Assembly (NCBI GenBank): GCA_947367255.1
Contig: CANBCZ010000003.1
Coordinates: 53,612 to 117,611, forward strand
From: an uncultured Alistipes sp.
GTDB taxonomy: Bacteria; Bacteroidota; Bacteroidia; Bacteroidales; Rikenellaceae
Reading direction: 5' to 3'
DNA length: 64,000 nt
Positions 30,614 to 39,893 of the stretch are shown in pieces. The notes under the pieces are model-generated. The model was not told the origin of the DNA. It made no database searches and was given only the letters and a program-made list of their open reading frames with translations. Every line of letters begins with the position of its first letter. The first letter of the stretch is position 1. The position numbers and the translations under genes were made by a program.

Positions 30614-31432
30614 CTAAAGATTTTTTACCATTTTGTACTTTTCGACGAGTAGTTCTACTACTGCATCGGTCGCTTTCGGGAATACTTTTCGCAGGTCTAT
30701 CTCGTCGGTTGTGGTAAGAATAGCCTTCAAGTTGCGCATAAATGTATCCTTTATCTCGGTTGCAAGGTTTACCTTGACAATACCGTTTGAGATAGCGCTC
30801 TGCACCATATCGTGCGGAATACCCGAGCTACCGTGGAGTACAAGTGCCACATCTGTTGCTGCGTGAATCTGAGCAAGGCGCTCGATATCGAGCTTCGGAG
30901 CCTGCTTATAGAAGCCGTGTGCCGAGCCGATAGATACTGCGAGGGCATCTACGCCGGTCTGCTCAACGAAGAGTTTTGCCTCCTCGGGGGTTGTAAAACC
31001 GCCACCCTGCTGCTGTCCGAGCTTTGCCACATAACCCAACTCAGCCTCAACATTGACGCCATAAGGGGCAGCGAGCTCCACCACGCGACGGGTAGTCTCG
31101 ACATTAACCTCAAACGGCTCCTCACTCGCATCTATCATCACCGAGTCGAAACCTGCATCCAGACAGCGCTCGACAAGCTCCACGCTACCGCCATGGTCAA
31201 GGTGAATCCATCCATCGACGCCATAGTCGGCAATAGTCTGGCGAGCCATTACAACGGCATTTTTCAGACCCATATAGTCGATGCTCGAGCGGGTAAGTTG
31301 CAACAAAACGGGAGACTTTGTCGCCTGCGCAGCACGCATAACCGCCTGCAGGGTCTCGAGGTTATAGAAGTTGGTGGCAAGCACAGCACTCTTGCTCTGC
31401 TGGCAACCTTTGAGCAGTTCTTTTACATTCAT
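30614..31432 (-). CDS. Class II ketose-1,6-bisphosphate aldolase (fructose/tagatose; GatY/KbaY-like)
   Basis: IHLDHG, SVMIDAS, VEAELG, AVSIGSAHG, LVLHGSSG, KVNLATE. Confidence 0.9.
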   Translation of the reverse strand: MNVKELLKGCQQSKSAVLATNFYNLETLQAVMRAAQATKSPVLLQLTRSSIDYMGLKNAVVMARQTIADYGVDGWIHLDHGGSVELVERCLDAGFDSVMIDASEEPFEVNVETTRRVVELAAPYGVNVEAELGYVAKLGQQQGGGFTTPEEAKLFVEQTGVDALAVSIGSAHGFYKQAPKLDIERLAQIHAATDVALVLHGSSGIPHDMVQSAISNGIVKVNLATEIKDTFMRNLKAILTTTDEIDLRKVFPKATDAVVELLVEKYKMVKNL

Positions 31433-31435
31433 TGT

Positions 31436-32692
31436 TTATTCAGTTTTTTTATCTCTTAGGAATAGATGTTCGAGAAGCAGAATAATGATAATACCCATCA
31501 CAAAGGCGTTGCCCACGATAGGACGGAGCAGAGCAGGAATAGTCTGCGTAGCCGACTGCGGAGCAAAGGAGAGGATGGTGGTAAACATAATCGGGATGGC
31601 GAGAATAAGACCATCCTTGAAGCTCGCCGTAGCCGATGTGGTATGTATCATATGCAGACCGGCAGCAATCTGTGTTGCCATCAAAAAGAGCAGCACCACG
31701 CCCATAACCGGCTGAGGGATAGTCAGCAACACCGACACTGCTCCCGGCATAAAGGCGAGTGCTATCATCGCCACAGCAGCCGGCAGAACGGTGTAGCGCG
31801 AAGCACAGCCCGTAGATGCCACAACACCCGGAGAGAGCGAGTAGTCCACAGGTCCGACAACACCCAGCACACCGCTGACAACATTCATTACACCCTGCAC
31901 TATCATACCGCGACTTTGGCGTGCAGGCATATTCTCTGCGCCTATCAGTTCACCCAGCGACTGCACAGAGCCTATCTGATTGATAAACAGCGCAATATAA
32001 CAGAAGATAAAGGCGATGACAATACCCGCATTTATCTCTACCCCCTCCACAAAGAGGTGGCGAGGTGCACTATCGGCAATAAACTCGGTCGGGAAGCCTG
32101 TAAAGCAGTAGTAGATTATCGAGCCCAAAATCATCGCCACGATAACCACCATAGATTTCCAGACACCCTTCAGCAGGTTATTTGCCACAGCCATTGCGAT
32201 AACAGTAACTACAGCGAAGACCATAGCGAGCAGCTGGTGGTCGTCATCGGAGAATATCATACCCACGATAGGTTTTGCCATCGTAAAGGAGATAAGCACA
32301 ACGATAGCCACGACAATTCGCGGAGTGAAGAGTCGCTGCATCTTTCGCATAAGACCAAATGCCGCGATAAGGGCTATCATCACGCCACCGACAGCCATTG
32401 AGGGGTATATCTCGGCAACACTACCTCCGTGCTGCGCCGCCGCAAGCACACCCATAAGCAAAACAGCCGCAGGACCCGCAATAAGCGGCAGACGATGACC
32501 AAACAGAGAGTTCAAAATCATCGTAACACCCATAACGGCAAAGAGCTTCTGGGTAAAAAAGAGGGTCTGCCCCTCCGGTGCGACAAAGGTACTTGTCAGC
32601 ACAACGGGGATGCAGATCATCAGCCACTGTAGTCCGTAGAGAATAGTCGCCCCAAAAGAGGGACGACTATCTACACCATATTTGAAGTTCAT
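31436..32692 (-). CDS. NCS2 (xanthine/uracil/ascorbate) family permease with atypical signature
   Basis: Start MNFKYG coupled to the glpQ stop (TAATG); YGLQWL, HRLPLIAGPA; multiple TM helices. Confidence 0.8.
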   Translation of the reverse strand: MNFKYGVDSRPSFGATILYGLQWLMICIPVVLTSTFVAPEGQTLFFTQKLFAVMGVTMILNSLFGHRLPLIAGPAAVLLMGVLAAAQHGGSVAEIYPSMAVGGVMIALIAAFGLMRKMQRLFTPRIVVAIVVLISFTMAKPIVGMIFSDDDHQLLAMVFAVVTVIAMAVANNLLKGVWKSMVVIVAMILGSIIYYCFTGFPTEFIADSAPRHLFVEGVEINAGIVIAFIFCYIALFINQIGSVQSLGELIGAENMPARQSRGMIVQGVMNVVSGVLGVVGPVDYSLSPGVVASTGCASRYTVLPAAVAMIALAFMPGAVSVLLTIPQPVMGVVLLFLMATQIAAGLHMIHTTSATASFKDGLILAIPIMFTTILSFAPQSATQTIPALLRPIVGNAFVMGIIIILLLEHLFLRDKKTE

Positions 32693-33492
32693 TACTTGCA
32701 CATCTCTTTGATTAACTTGGTCGCAAGCACCGGATTGTCGGTTGTGATATAATCGACACCCTGCTCGATAACCCAACGCAACTTCTCCTCGGCATCCACA
32801 GTCCATACATTGACCTTCAGACCGCGCTTATGGCAATCCTTGATCCAGTGTGGCTTCTTCTTAAGCACATCGAACTTATAGTCGATACCTGCGATACCCA
32901 TACCCTTGACATAAGCAGGATTGTAGTCGCCATTGAGGTAAGCGATAGGTGTACCCTCCGGAGCAAGGCGCTTGAGCTCGAAACATACCCACGGACGGAA
33001 GGCGATATACTCAACCATATCGTTAAGACCGAACTTTGCTACCATATCTACGGTCTTCTGAACAATCTCGGTCTCCCTCTCTGGGGTTGCGTGGTCCTTA
33101 ATCTCGATAATGAGCTTGGTCTTCTTACTCTTCTTGAGCTGAGTCAGATACTGCTCGAGGGTAGGCATAGGCTCACCATTCTCCAAAGGGATGGTCAGAA
33201 GCTCCTCATAGGTGCTCTTCTGAATAGTCAGGCGTGGGATATCCTCACCCTTACGATAGATCTTATCCGGATGCAGACCTCCGTGAGCTACCACGATAAC
33301 ACCATCCTTTGTAAGATTGATATCGCACTCCGAGCCGTAAAGACCCATCTTCTGAGCCTGCTTGAGTGCCTCGATAGAGTTACGACAAGAGCCTTTAGTG
33401 GCGTGGAAACCACGATGCGCAATTACCTGCGGCTGAGCAAATGCCGCAACTGAAACCATAGCTGCAACTAACACTGTAACAATTTTTTTCAT
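32692..33492 (-). CDS. Secreted glycerophosphodiester phosphodiesterase family protein
   Basis: Signal peptide MKKIVTVLVAAMV (start 33492); IAHRG, ECDINLTKDG..VVAH, IIEIK, NVWTVD, ITTDNP. Confidence 0.9.
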   Translation of the reverse strand: MKKIVTVLVAAMVSVAAFAQPQVIAHRGFHATKGSCRNSIEALKQAQKMGLYGSECDINLTKDGVIVVAHGGLHPDKIYRKGEDIPRLTIQKSTYEELLTIPLENGEPMPTLEQYLTQLKKSKKTKLIIEIKDHATPERETEIVQKTVDMVAKFGLNDMVEYIAFRPWVCFELKRLAPEGTPIAYLNGDYNPAYVKGMGIAGIDYKFDVLKKKPHWIKDCHKRGLKVNVWTVDAEEKLRWVIEQGVDYITTDNPVLATKLIKEMCK

Positions 33493-33612
33493 AACATTAG
33501 ATTTTTCTTGAAACAAAATTAGAAATTTTCCATCAAATAAGCAATTTATTCTCCAAAAAATAGTACCTTTGTACGCAACAAGAGAAAACTTTAACAAAAT
33601 ATAGTGCGTATT

Positions 33613-34281
33613 ATGGCTAATAAAATCTCCGTATCGGTAATGTGCTCCGATCTTATGAATCTTGAGCGCGACATCAAAACTCTCGAGCGCAACGGTATCG
33701 ACTGGTTGCATATCGACGTTATGGATGGTCACTTCGTACCAAATATGACATTTGGTCCCGACTTTCCTAACGCAATGCACAAGGTTACAAACCTGCCTCT
33801 CGACATCCACCTTATGTGCGAGGAGCCTGAGTTCATCTGCTCAAAGATCGATGTTCACGAGGGTGACATCATATCAACTCACGTCGAGCTGGACAAGGAT
33901 CTGAGCGAGTTTGCTGCCGACATCCACTCTAAGGGTGCTATGTTCGGTGTTGTTATCAACCCAGATACCCCTGTAGAGGCAGTTGCTCCGCACATGGCTT
34001 ATACAGATATGGTTACCCTTATGCTCGTTCACCCGGGATTCTCAGGTGCAAAGCTCGTAGACGGCATCCTTGACAAGGTTGCTCTGATGCGTCAGTGGCT
34101 TGACAACAACGGTTACGAGAAGGTACTCATCAGCGTTGATGGCTCTGTATCTTGCGAGCGTGCCGAGCTTATGGCAGGTATGGGTGCAAATGTATTCGTA
34201 GGTGGTACCGCAGGTGTTTACCGCAAGGGTATGACCCTCGACGAGTCTATTCCACAGCTCCGCGCTGCTATCTCAAAGTAG
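33613..34281 (+). CDS. Ribulose-phosphate 3-epimerase family; D-allulose-6-phosphate 3-epimerase (AlsE)-like
   Basis: HIDVMDGHFVPNMTFG, DIHLM, SVDGS; N-terminal SVMC resembles AlsE more than Rpe SIL. Confidence 0.85.
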   Translation: MANKISVSVMCSDLMNLERDIKTLERNGIDWLHIDVMDGHFVPNMTFGPDFPNAMHKVTNLPLDIHLMCEEPEFICSKIDVHEGDIISTHVELDKDLSEFAADIHSKGAMFGVVINPDTPVEAVAPHMAYTDMVTLMLVHPGFSGAKLVDGILDKVALMRQWLDNNGYEKVLISVDGSVSCERAELMAGMGANVFVGGTAGVYRKGMTLDESIPQLRAAISK

Positions 34282-34282
34282 T

Positions 34283-34777
34283 ATGAGCGAAAGACAAGAA
34301 CGAGTATTCGATTTTCTGCAACAGCAGCAGATCGAATACTCTTTTTATACCCATCCCGAGGCTCCGACAATCGAGATTGCCCGCCAATATTGGCACAACG
34401 ACGGCTCGAAGCACTGCAAGAACCTCTTTTTCCGCAACCACAAGGGCAACCGCCACTATCTTGTCGTATTTGACAGCGAGCAGTCGCTTGCCATACACGA
34501 CCTCGAGCAACGACTGAAGCAGGGAAAGCTCTCCTTTGCTTCGGAGCAGCGTATGGACCGTTATTTAGGTCTTAAGCCCGGCTCGGTCTCCCCTTTCGGA
34601 TTGATTAACGACGCTGAAAATCATGTTCATCTCTTCCTTGACAAGAATCTGCTGAACTACCCGTCGCTCAGTTTTCATCCAAACGACAATCGTGCCACGG
34701 TAGTCATCTCGCAGGAGATGTTTGCGAAATATCTTGCAGCGGTAGGAAACAGTTACGAGTATATCGAGTTATACTAA
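34283..34777 (+). CDS. YbaK/ProX-family tRNA editing protein (PrdX/ProXp-ala-like)
   Basis: KNLFFRN, LSFAS, GSVSPFGLIND, FHPNDN. Confidence 0.88.
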   Translation: MSERQERVFDFLQQQQIEYSFYTHPEAPTIEIARQYWHNDGSKHCKNLFFRNHKGNRHYLVVFDSEQSLAIHDLEQRLKQGKLSFASEQRMDRYLGLKPGSVSPFGLINDAENHVHLFLDKNLLNYPSLSFHPNDNRATVVISQEMFAKYLAAVGNSYEYIELY

Positions 34778-34808
34778 AAAAGTAGGTTGAGATTTCAACC
34801 TACTTTTT
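34776..34808. terminator. Bidirectional terminator
   Basis: aaaaagtaggttga-gatt-tcaacctacttttt between convergent genes. Confidence 0.85.
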
Positions 34809-34832
34809 AGTTTTTAGCTGTTCCGCCACCTC

Positions 34833-35264
34833 TTATTGAGCTAACTGCAGTTGCTCTACAGGCTCCTCCGGAAGCAGCGAGCCTTCAGGCAGCGCCGGCA
34901 CATCGTGAGTGATAATACTATCTACAATAAATCGGGTAAAACCTCGCCACGGCAGAGCACCGAAATACTCCTTATAGCGCAGCTCGACAACCTTACCGCC
35001 CTCGAGCATCAACTTCTCGGCAATGCGCTGATTCTCAACAGAGAACTCAAACTCATACGACTGGATAGAACCCGCAGCCTTTGAGCGGATACCCGACTGG
35101 ATGAGTTTACCCTCGTAGGTCTTGAAGATAACGCCCTTCTTTACGACATAGTTAAGCTCACCGCTCTTCACACCCTCGCCAAAGACAAAGTAGAAGCGGA
35201 AGTAGAAGGCTCCTGCGCCAATGGCAAGAAGCACAAGCAGTGTCACAACCCAGAACTTTTTCAT
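34833..35264 (-). CDS. Conserved Bacteroidetes membrane-anchored hypothetical protein
   Basis: N-terminal TM; GVKSGEL..KGVIFKTYEG..FEFSV..VELRYKE. Confidence 0.75.
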   Translation of the reverse strand: MKKFWVVTLLVLLAIGAGAFYFRFYFVFGEGVKSGELNYVVKKGVIFKTYEGKLIQSGIRSKAAGSIQSYEFEFSVENQRIAEKLMLEGGKVVELRYKEYFGALPWRGFTRFIVDSIITHDVPALPEGSLLPEEPVEQLQLAQ

Positions 35265-35265
35265 A

Positions 35266-36438
35266 TTACTCCAAATTTATACCCAAGTTAAGTTTACCCT
35301 CAACAGGATTTGCATAGATACCGAGCAGGATATCGCGTGCCACATCCTTATCTACGCCCATAACCTCAAACTGAGCATTTGAGCGCACAAGGTAGAGTGC
35401 AAACTGCTGCTCTGCCGCTGCTGTGTAGTACTTTGCAAAGCGACGAGTGCCGTGCTTGATGTCGTATGCGATATAGTTGGTATCGTAGAGCTTATAGCCC
35501 GAGATAATGCGCTTGTCGATAATCTCTGCAAGTGCCTTACACTGCTCTGCACGTGGCAGCTGAGCTACCGCCTCCAGCTCCTCGGTAGTGATAGGATCGC
35601 AGAAGGTCATATGGCTGTCGCCCTTCCACGCCTTGATACCTGTAAGGATACTGAGGAAGTCCTCATTCTCCGCCTTCTGATATGGTGCACCACTCCGACG
35701 ACGACAAAGCTCGACAGCCTTGAATACGTCGCACGGCTCATATTGGTAGCTGATAGCAACCGGAGCGATGTGGAGCTGAGAGAAGTTCTCGACAACATCC
35801 GCAGAGCCACTGAGGCTGAACATCTTGATAATACCCGGCTCGGTCATATCTATTCCGTCCTTTGTACGACCATTGCGCTGCGCAATCCATACAGAGCGGT
35901 GCGCATCGTTGATACGGTGGCGGATATACTCCGAGAGGTGCTTTGAGTTCTCGAGAAACTCGCGCGGAGTGACGTCATCCTTGCGGATAACCTTAATCAT
36001 ATAGTTTGCCTTACAGAGCTCGAAGACCAGCGGTGTACGCAAAAGGTTGTCACCCAACGAGATATCTGTCGTAGGCAGGTTCTTCTCGAACAGGGCGTAC
36101 TGCATAAGCATCGCATCGAGAGTGATGTCTCGGTGGTTGGAGATATAGAGCCAGCTGTTCTTATCTGTCAGATGCTCACAGCCCGAGGTGGTAAAACGGC
36201 GCATTGTGCGGTGGATAATACCGCCAATTGCCGGATACATAATCTTACGCTGAATATCATCTGTAGTCTGACAGGAGCTGATAAGGTTGCGCACCTGCTC
36301 AATATCCAAATTCGGAAAGACAAATTGTGCCGCAGGAATGAGCAGCGGATCTGAAGCAATCTTCTCCACAACCGCCGGAATCTCCTCATCTCGATAAGCA
36401 CGAATGTCATCAAAGAATGATTGAGTATTTTCTTCCAT
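35266..36438 (-). CDS. PlsC-family glycerol-phosphate acyltransferase
   Basis: NHRDITLD (HX4D), GDNL, WIAQRNGRTKDG; start set at MEENTQ. Confidence 0.88.
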   Translation of the reverse strand: MEENTQSFFDDIRAYRDEEIPAVVEKIASDPLLIPAAQFVFPNLDIEQVRNLISSCQTTDDIQRKIMYPAIGGIIHRTMRRFTTSGCEHLTDKNSWLYISNHRDITLDAMLMQYALFEKNLPTTDISLGDNLLRTPLVFELCKANYMIKVIRKDDVTPREFLENSKHLSEYIRHRINDAHRSVWIAQRNGRTKDGIDMTEPGIIKMFSLSGSADVVENFSQLHIAPVAISYQYEPCDVFKAVELCRRRSGAPYQKAENEDFLSILTGIKAWKGDSHMTFCDPITTEELEAVAQLPRAEQCKALAEIIDKRIISGYKLYDTNYIAYDIKHGTRRFAKYYTAAAEQQFALYLVRSNAQFEVMGVDKDVARDILLGIYANPVEGKLNLGINLE

Positions 36439-36682
36439 CTTCAAAAAAATTTCTATAGCTGTCAGTCTGCGGTTTGACGACACAAACCAACAACTCTATG
36501 TGCAATATACACCGCAAAGATAATAATTTTTTCATAAATCGTGCAAAAACGCCAAAAAATTACATATCTTTGTAGCGGTAAAAGTGTGAAACATACAATA
36601 TTTATTATTGTATTAGGGTAACATCCCCGTAAGGTGTTTTTTATCTGATGAATCGAAGTTAAACCTTATAATATTTTCAACA

Positions 36683-37909
36683 ATGGCTAAAACTGAAAGA
36701 CTCTTAAAGCGTATGGCAGAGCTTGAGGAGCAGACCGGTGTTAAGCGCACCATTTTTGCTGCCTGCCCTAACTCTTCAGCCGTAATCCGTGCATCTATTC
36801 GCTCGGCAAAGCGTAACAATGCGCCTATCTACTTCGCTGCAACCCTTAACCAGATCGACACTGACGGTGGTTATACAGGTATGACCCCTGCAGATTTCGT
36901 AAAGGTTTGCCGTATGGAGTGCGAGGCTATCAACTTCACAGGTGACTGTATCATCGCTGTAGACCACGGTGGTCCATGGCTCAAGGATAAGCAGAACACT
37001 GAGCGTTGGGAGACCGAGCGCGCAATGAATGCTGTTAAGGACTCTTTCGAGGCTGCTATTGCTGCAGGTTTCGACCTTATCCACGTAGACCCAACTGTCG
37101 ATATCAACGTTCCTAAGGGCGAGGTTATCGATATTCACCTCGTTGTTCGTCGTACCGTTGAGCTTATCGAGCACTGCGAGAAGTTCCGTCGTGCAAATGG
37201 CTACCCAGAGATCTCTTATGAGGTAGGTACCGAGGAGGTTCACGGCGGTCTTGCTGACGACACCGTATTCGATACATTCCTCGTAGAGCTCAAGGAGGGT
37301 CTTGCAGCTGTAGGTCTTGCTGATGTATGGCCTTGCTTTATCGTTGGTAAGGTTGGTACCGACCTCCACACTACCCTCTTCGACGGTGAGGTTGCAAAGA
37401 AGCTCACTGCAAAGGTTCGTCCACTCGGCAGCTACATCAAGGGTCACTACACTGACGGCGTAAGCAACCCACAGGATTACCCTCTCTGCGGTATGGGTGG
37501 TGCAAACGTTGGTCCTGAGTTTACTATCAGCGAGTACGAGGCACTCGAGGAGCTCGAGGCTAAGGAGGTTGAGTACTACAACGCAGGTCGCGTAGCTATG
37601 CTCTCAAATATCACCGAGGTACTCACTCGCCTTGTTTACGAGTCTAACCGTTGGAAGAAGTGGTTGCTCGAGTCTGAGAAGGGTGTAGATTTCTACCAGA
37701 TCGACCCTGAGCGTCGCGCTTGGCTCGTGAAGACCGGTTGCCGCTACATCTGGCAGAAGCCTGAGGCACTTGTTGCTCGTACTGCTCTCTATGAGAACCT
37801 CAAGCGTGTAGGTATGGATCCTGAGAACATCGTTCTCGACCGCATCGAGCACGATATGGACAAGTACTTCTACGCATTCAACATCGTAGATCTGAACAAA
37901 ATGTTATAA
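36683..37909 (+). CDS. gatZ: GatZ/KbaZ family protein (tagatose-6-phosphate 4-epimerase / aldolase accessory subunit)
   Basis: ATLNQID.DGGYTGMTPADF, DHGGP, IHVDPT, YEVGTEE..GG, HYTD, ANVGPEFT. Confidence 0.85.
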   Translation: MAKTERLLKRMAELEEQTGVKRTIFAACPNSSAVIRASIRSAKRNNAPIYFAATLNQIDTDGGYTGMTPADFVKVCRMECEAINFTGDCIIAVDHGGPWLKDKQNTERWETERAMNAVKDSFEAAIAAGFDLIHVDPTVDINVPKGEVIDIHLVVRRTVELIEHCEKFRRANGYPEISYEVGTEEVHGGLADDTVFDTFLVELKEGLAAVGLADVWPCFIVGKVGTDLHTTLFDGEVAKKLTAKVRPLGSYIKGHYTDGVSNPQDYPLCGMGGANVGPEFTISEYEALEELEAKEVEYYNAGRVAMLSNITEVLTRLVYESNRWKKWLLESEKGVDFYQIDPERRAWLVKTGCRYIWQKPEALVARTALYENLKRVGMDPENIVLDRIEHDMDKYFYAFNIVDLNKML

Positions 37910-37944
37910 TTGACGACTCTCATTTAAGGACAAAAAGAGGATAT

Positions 37945-37980
37945 AAAAAAGAACTATCGCGGTTGCGATAGTTCTTTTTT
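37945..37980. terminator. Intrinsic terminator after gatZ
   Basis: aaaaaagaactatcgc-ggtt-gcgatagttctttttt. Confidence 0.85.
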
Positions 37981-38072
37981 GATTAATATATCACAGGTTG
38001 ACACTAAAATAATCTATCTTATTGGTAACCATTTCAATAGATGAGATTGTTCCCAGCTATATGTTTATTATT
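37981..38072 (+). repeat. Direct repeat left of the GNAT gene
   Basis: gattaatatatcacaggt identical to 38904-38921, followed by degenerate tggtaa..cccagc.atatgtt. Confidence 0.65.
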
Positions 38073-38292
38073 ATTCTCTTAATAATTTCTTACTAATCTC
38101 TCTAATTCTCTATAAATCACCAAGTTAAATTATTTAACACGCATTTGGATATTATTGGAATGATTGGTATCTTTGTGGGGTGCTGGGTGAGAGTTAGTGT
38201 ACACCTTGAGCATATTAATGAAAAATACTGATATATTGATTTTTACAATCGGATTATATATCTTTACATCCATAAATCGGAATTTGATAGAT

Positions 38293-38835
38293 ATGGAATT
38301 ACAAACCCAAAGATTGTTGCTGAGACCTTGGCAAGAGGATGATGCTGACGAACTATACAAGTACGCCAAAGACCTACAAGTGGGACCAGCTGCAGGATGG
38401 CCAGTACATACAAGCGTTGAGAATAGCAGAGAAATAATCCGCACAGTTCTCTCCGCAGTAGAGACTTACGCTGTGGTATTGAAGCAAACATGCAAACCTG
38501 TTGGCTGCATCGGATTGATGATAGGCAGGCAAAGTAATATTGGGCTACCCGACAATGAATGCGAGGTGGGCTACTGGATTGGCGTGCCCTATTGGGGACA
38601 GGGGCTGATACCCGAGGCTGTTCGTGAGTTGCAACATCGAGCCTTTGAGGTCCTGGGAATGCAGAAAATGTGGGCTGGTTACTTCGATGGCAACGAGAAG
38701 TCAAAACGTGTGCAAGAAAAATGCGGTTTTAAGTATATGTTCACGAAATGCAACGTGTCATCACAATTGGTTGGTGAGTTGCGGACGGAACACATTACTT
38801 GCCTAACAAAGATGGAATGGTTAACAAGTAAGTAA
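38293..38835 (+). CDS. GNAT N-acetyltransferase (RimJ/RimL family)
   Basis: LQTQRLLLRPW, EVGYWIGVPYWGQGLIPEA, NEKSKRVQEKCGF; start set at MELQT. Confidence 0.9.
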   Translation: MELQTQRLLLRPWQEDDADELYKYAKDLQVGPAAGWPVHTSVENSREIIRTVLSAVETYAVVLKQTCKPVGCIGLMIGRQSNIGLPDNECEVGYWIGVPYWGQGLIPEAVRELQHRAFEVLGMQKMWAGYFDGNEKSKRVQEKCGFKYMFTKCNVSSQLVGELRTEHITCLTKMEWLTSK

Positions 38836-38864
38836 ATTCGAATTTAACTCACGTATTCAAAAAT

Positions 38865-38902
38865 AAAGTGTATTCAGAAAAATCAATTTGAATACACTTT
38901 TT
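38865..38902. terminator. Terminator after the GNAT gene
   Basis: aaagtgtattca...tgaatacactttt. Confidence 0.7.
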
Positions 38903-38903
38903 A

Positions 38904-38985
38904 GATTAATATATCACAGGTGTACAACACTTTCATGGTAATTTCCAATCAATTTCCAAAGCACCCAGCAATATGTTATTTTTTA
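38904..38985 (+). repeat. Direct repeat right of the GNAT gene
   Basis: 18-bp identity with 37981-37998 plus degenerate extension. Confidence 0.65.
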
Positions 38986-39113
38986 ACTTGCTGTAGTTCA
39001 GTGCATTGGTGCAAAATTAAGAATTATTCCATAAAGTTCCAGATTCATCTAGTGATTTACCATCCAATCAGTTAGGGATTTTTATTGTATACCATGAGTA
39101 TATTAACTCTTTT

Positions 39114-39830
39114 TTATATCTTATCCACTCGCTTGAAAAACTTCAGCAGATAGTACTTTACCGGATTCTTATACTTCAGCTGCTTCCACGGGCGCGATGC
39201 GTGTGGGCGGTGAATAACCGGCAGGTCGCAGAAGAGGTAGTTATTCAGCCCCAAATCCTGAGAAACATGAGAGATATGGACATCAAACCAATGCTTCTCG
39301 GGGTTGAGTTTATTGAAATCGTAACAGTTTAGCAGCCTATTTGTCAGCAGCGAACAGCAGAAACTGCAGTGTTTCTCGACCTTATATGCCTCGCCCTCAT
39401 GACCCTTGGCGTAGTTATACGGATAGTTTATAGCTCCATTATCATCTACCGTTACTGAGGCAGCAATACCGCAATCGTCGCGCTCGATAGCCCCATTTAC
39501 AAGCTTCTGAACAGTATCTTTTTCGACAATAACATCGCTCTCGACAATCAGCAGACTCGCCTCGTTCTCAATAGCACGCTTCTGTGCCATCTGCAACACA
39601 AGCAGGTAGTTTGGTGACGGGTGGTCGGTAATATCGGCAAGATTTACAAGCTCAAAGCCCAGCTCTGCGGAGTACTTCTTGAGCAGCTCCGTATTCTCGG
39701 CACTACTGAAGTCGTTATAGACCGTATATATATATGGAACATCTATCTGCGACGCAAGCAAAGCACGAATAGTCAAAATCGTGGAATCAATAGAGTCTTT
39801 TACCGGCGTGATAATATGCAGGTTTTTCAT
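39114..39830 (-). CDS. Glycosyltransferase family 2 protein
   Basis: IITPVKD, VYNDFSS, IVESDV (DXD-like). Confidence 0.8.
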   Translation of the reverse strand: MKNLHIITPVKDSIDSTILTIRALLASQIDVPYIYTVYNDFSSAENTELLKKYSAELGFELVNLADITDHPSPNYLLVLQMAQKRAIENEASLLIVESDVIVEKDTVQKLVNGAIERDDCGIAASVTVDDNGAINYPYNYAKGHEGEAYKVEKHCSFCCSLLTNRLLNCYDFNKLNPEKHWFDVHISHVSQDLGLNNYLFCDLPVIHRPHASRPWKQLKYKNPVKYYLLKFFKRVDKI

Positions 39831-39893
39831 CTGTCTGTTGATTTTTCTTAAAAAATAGCGTACCTTTGTTACGATTTACACACGCAAAGGTAT

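Noticed and set aside
32692-33810. Extended ORF-track starts (33810, and likewise 2204, 4917, 24031, 32806, 36483, 38197, 53397)
   Set aside because: The extensions overlap neighbouring genes or promoters; downstream ATGs match the family N-termini
34833-35264. Enzyme label such as 6-phosphogluconate dehydrogenase
   Set aside because: 143 aa with a TM anchor and no Rossmann motif
38904-38938. 11-codon minus-strand ORF MKVLYTCDILI through the right GNAT repeat
   Set aside because: Not preserved in the left repeat copy and too short to support
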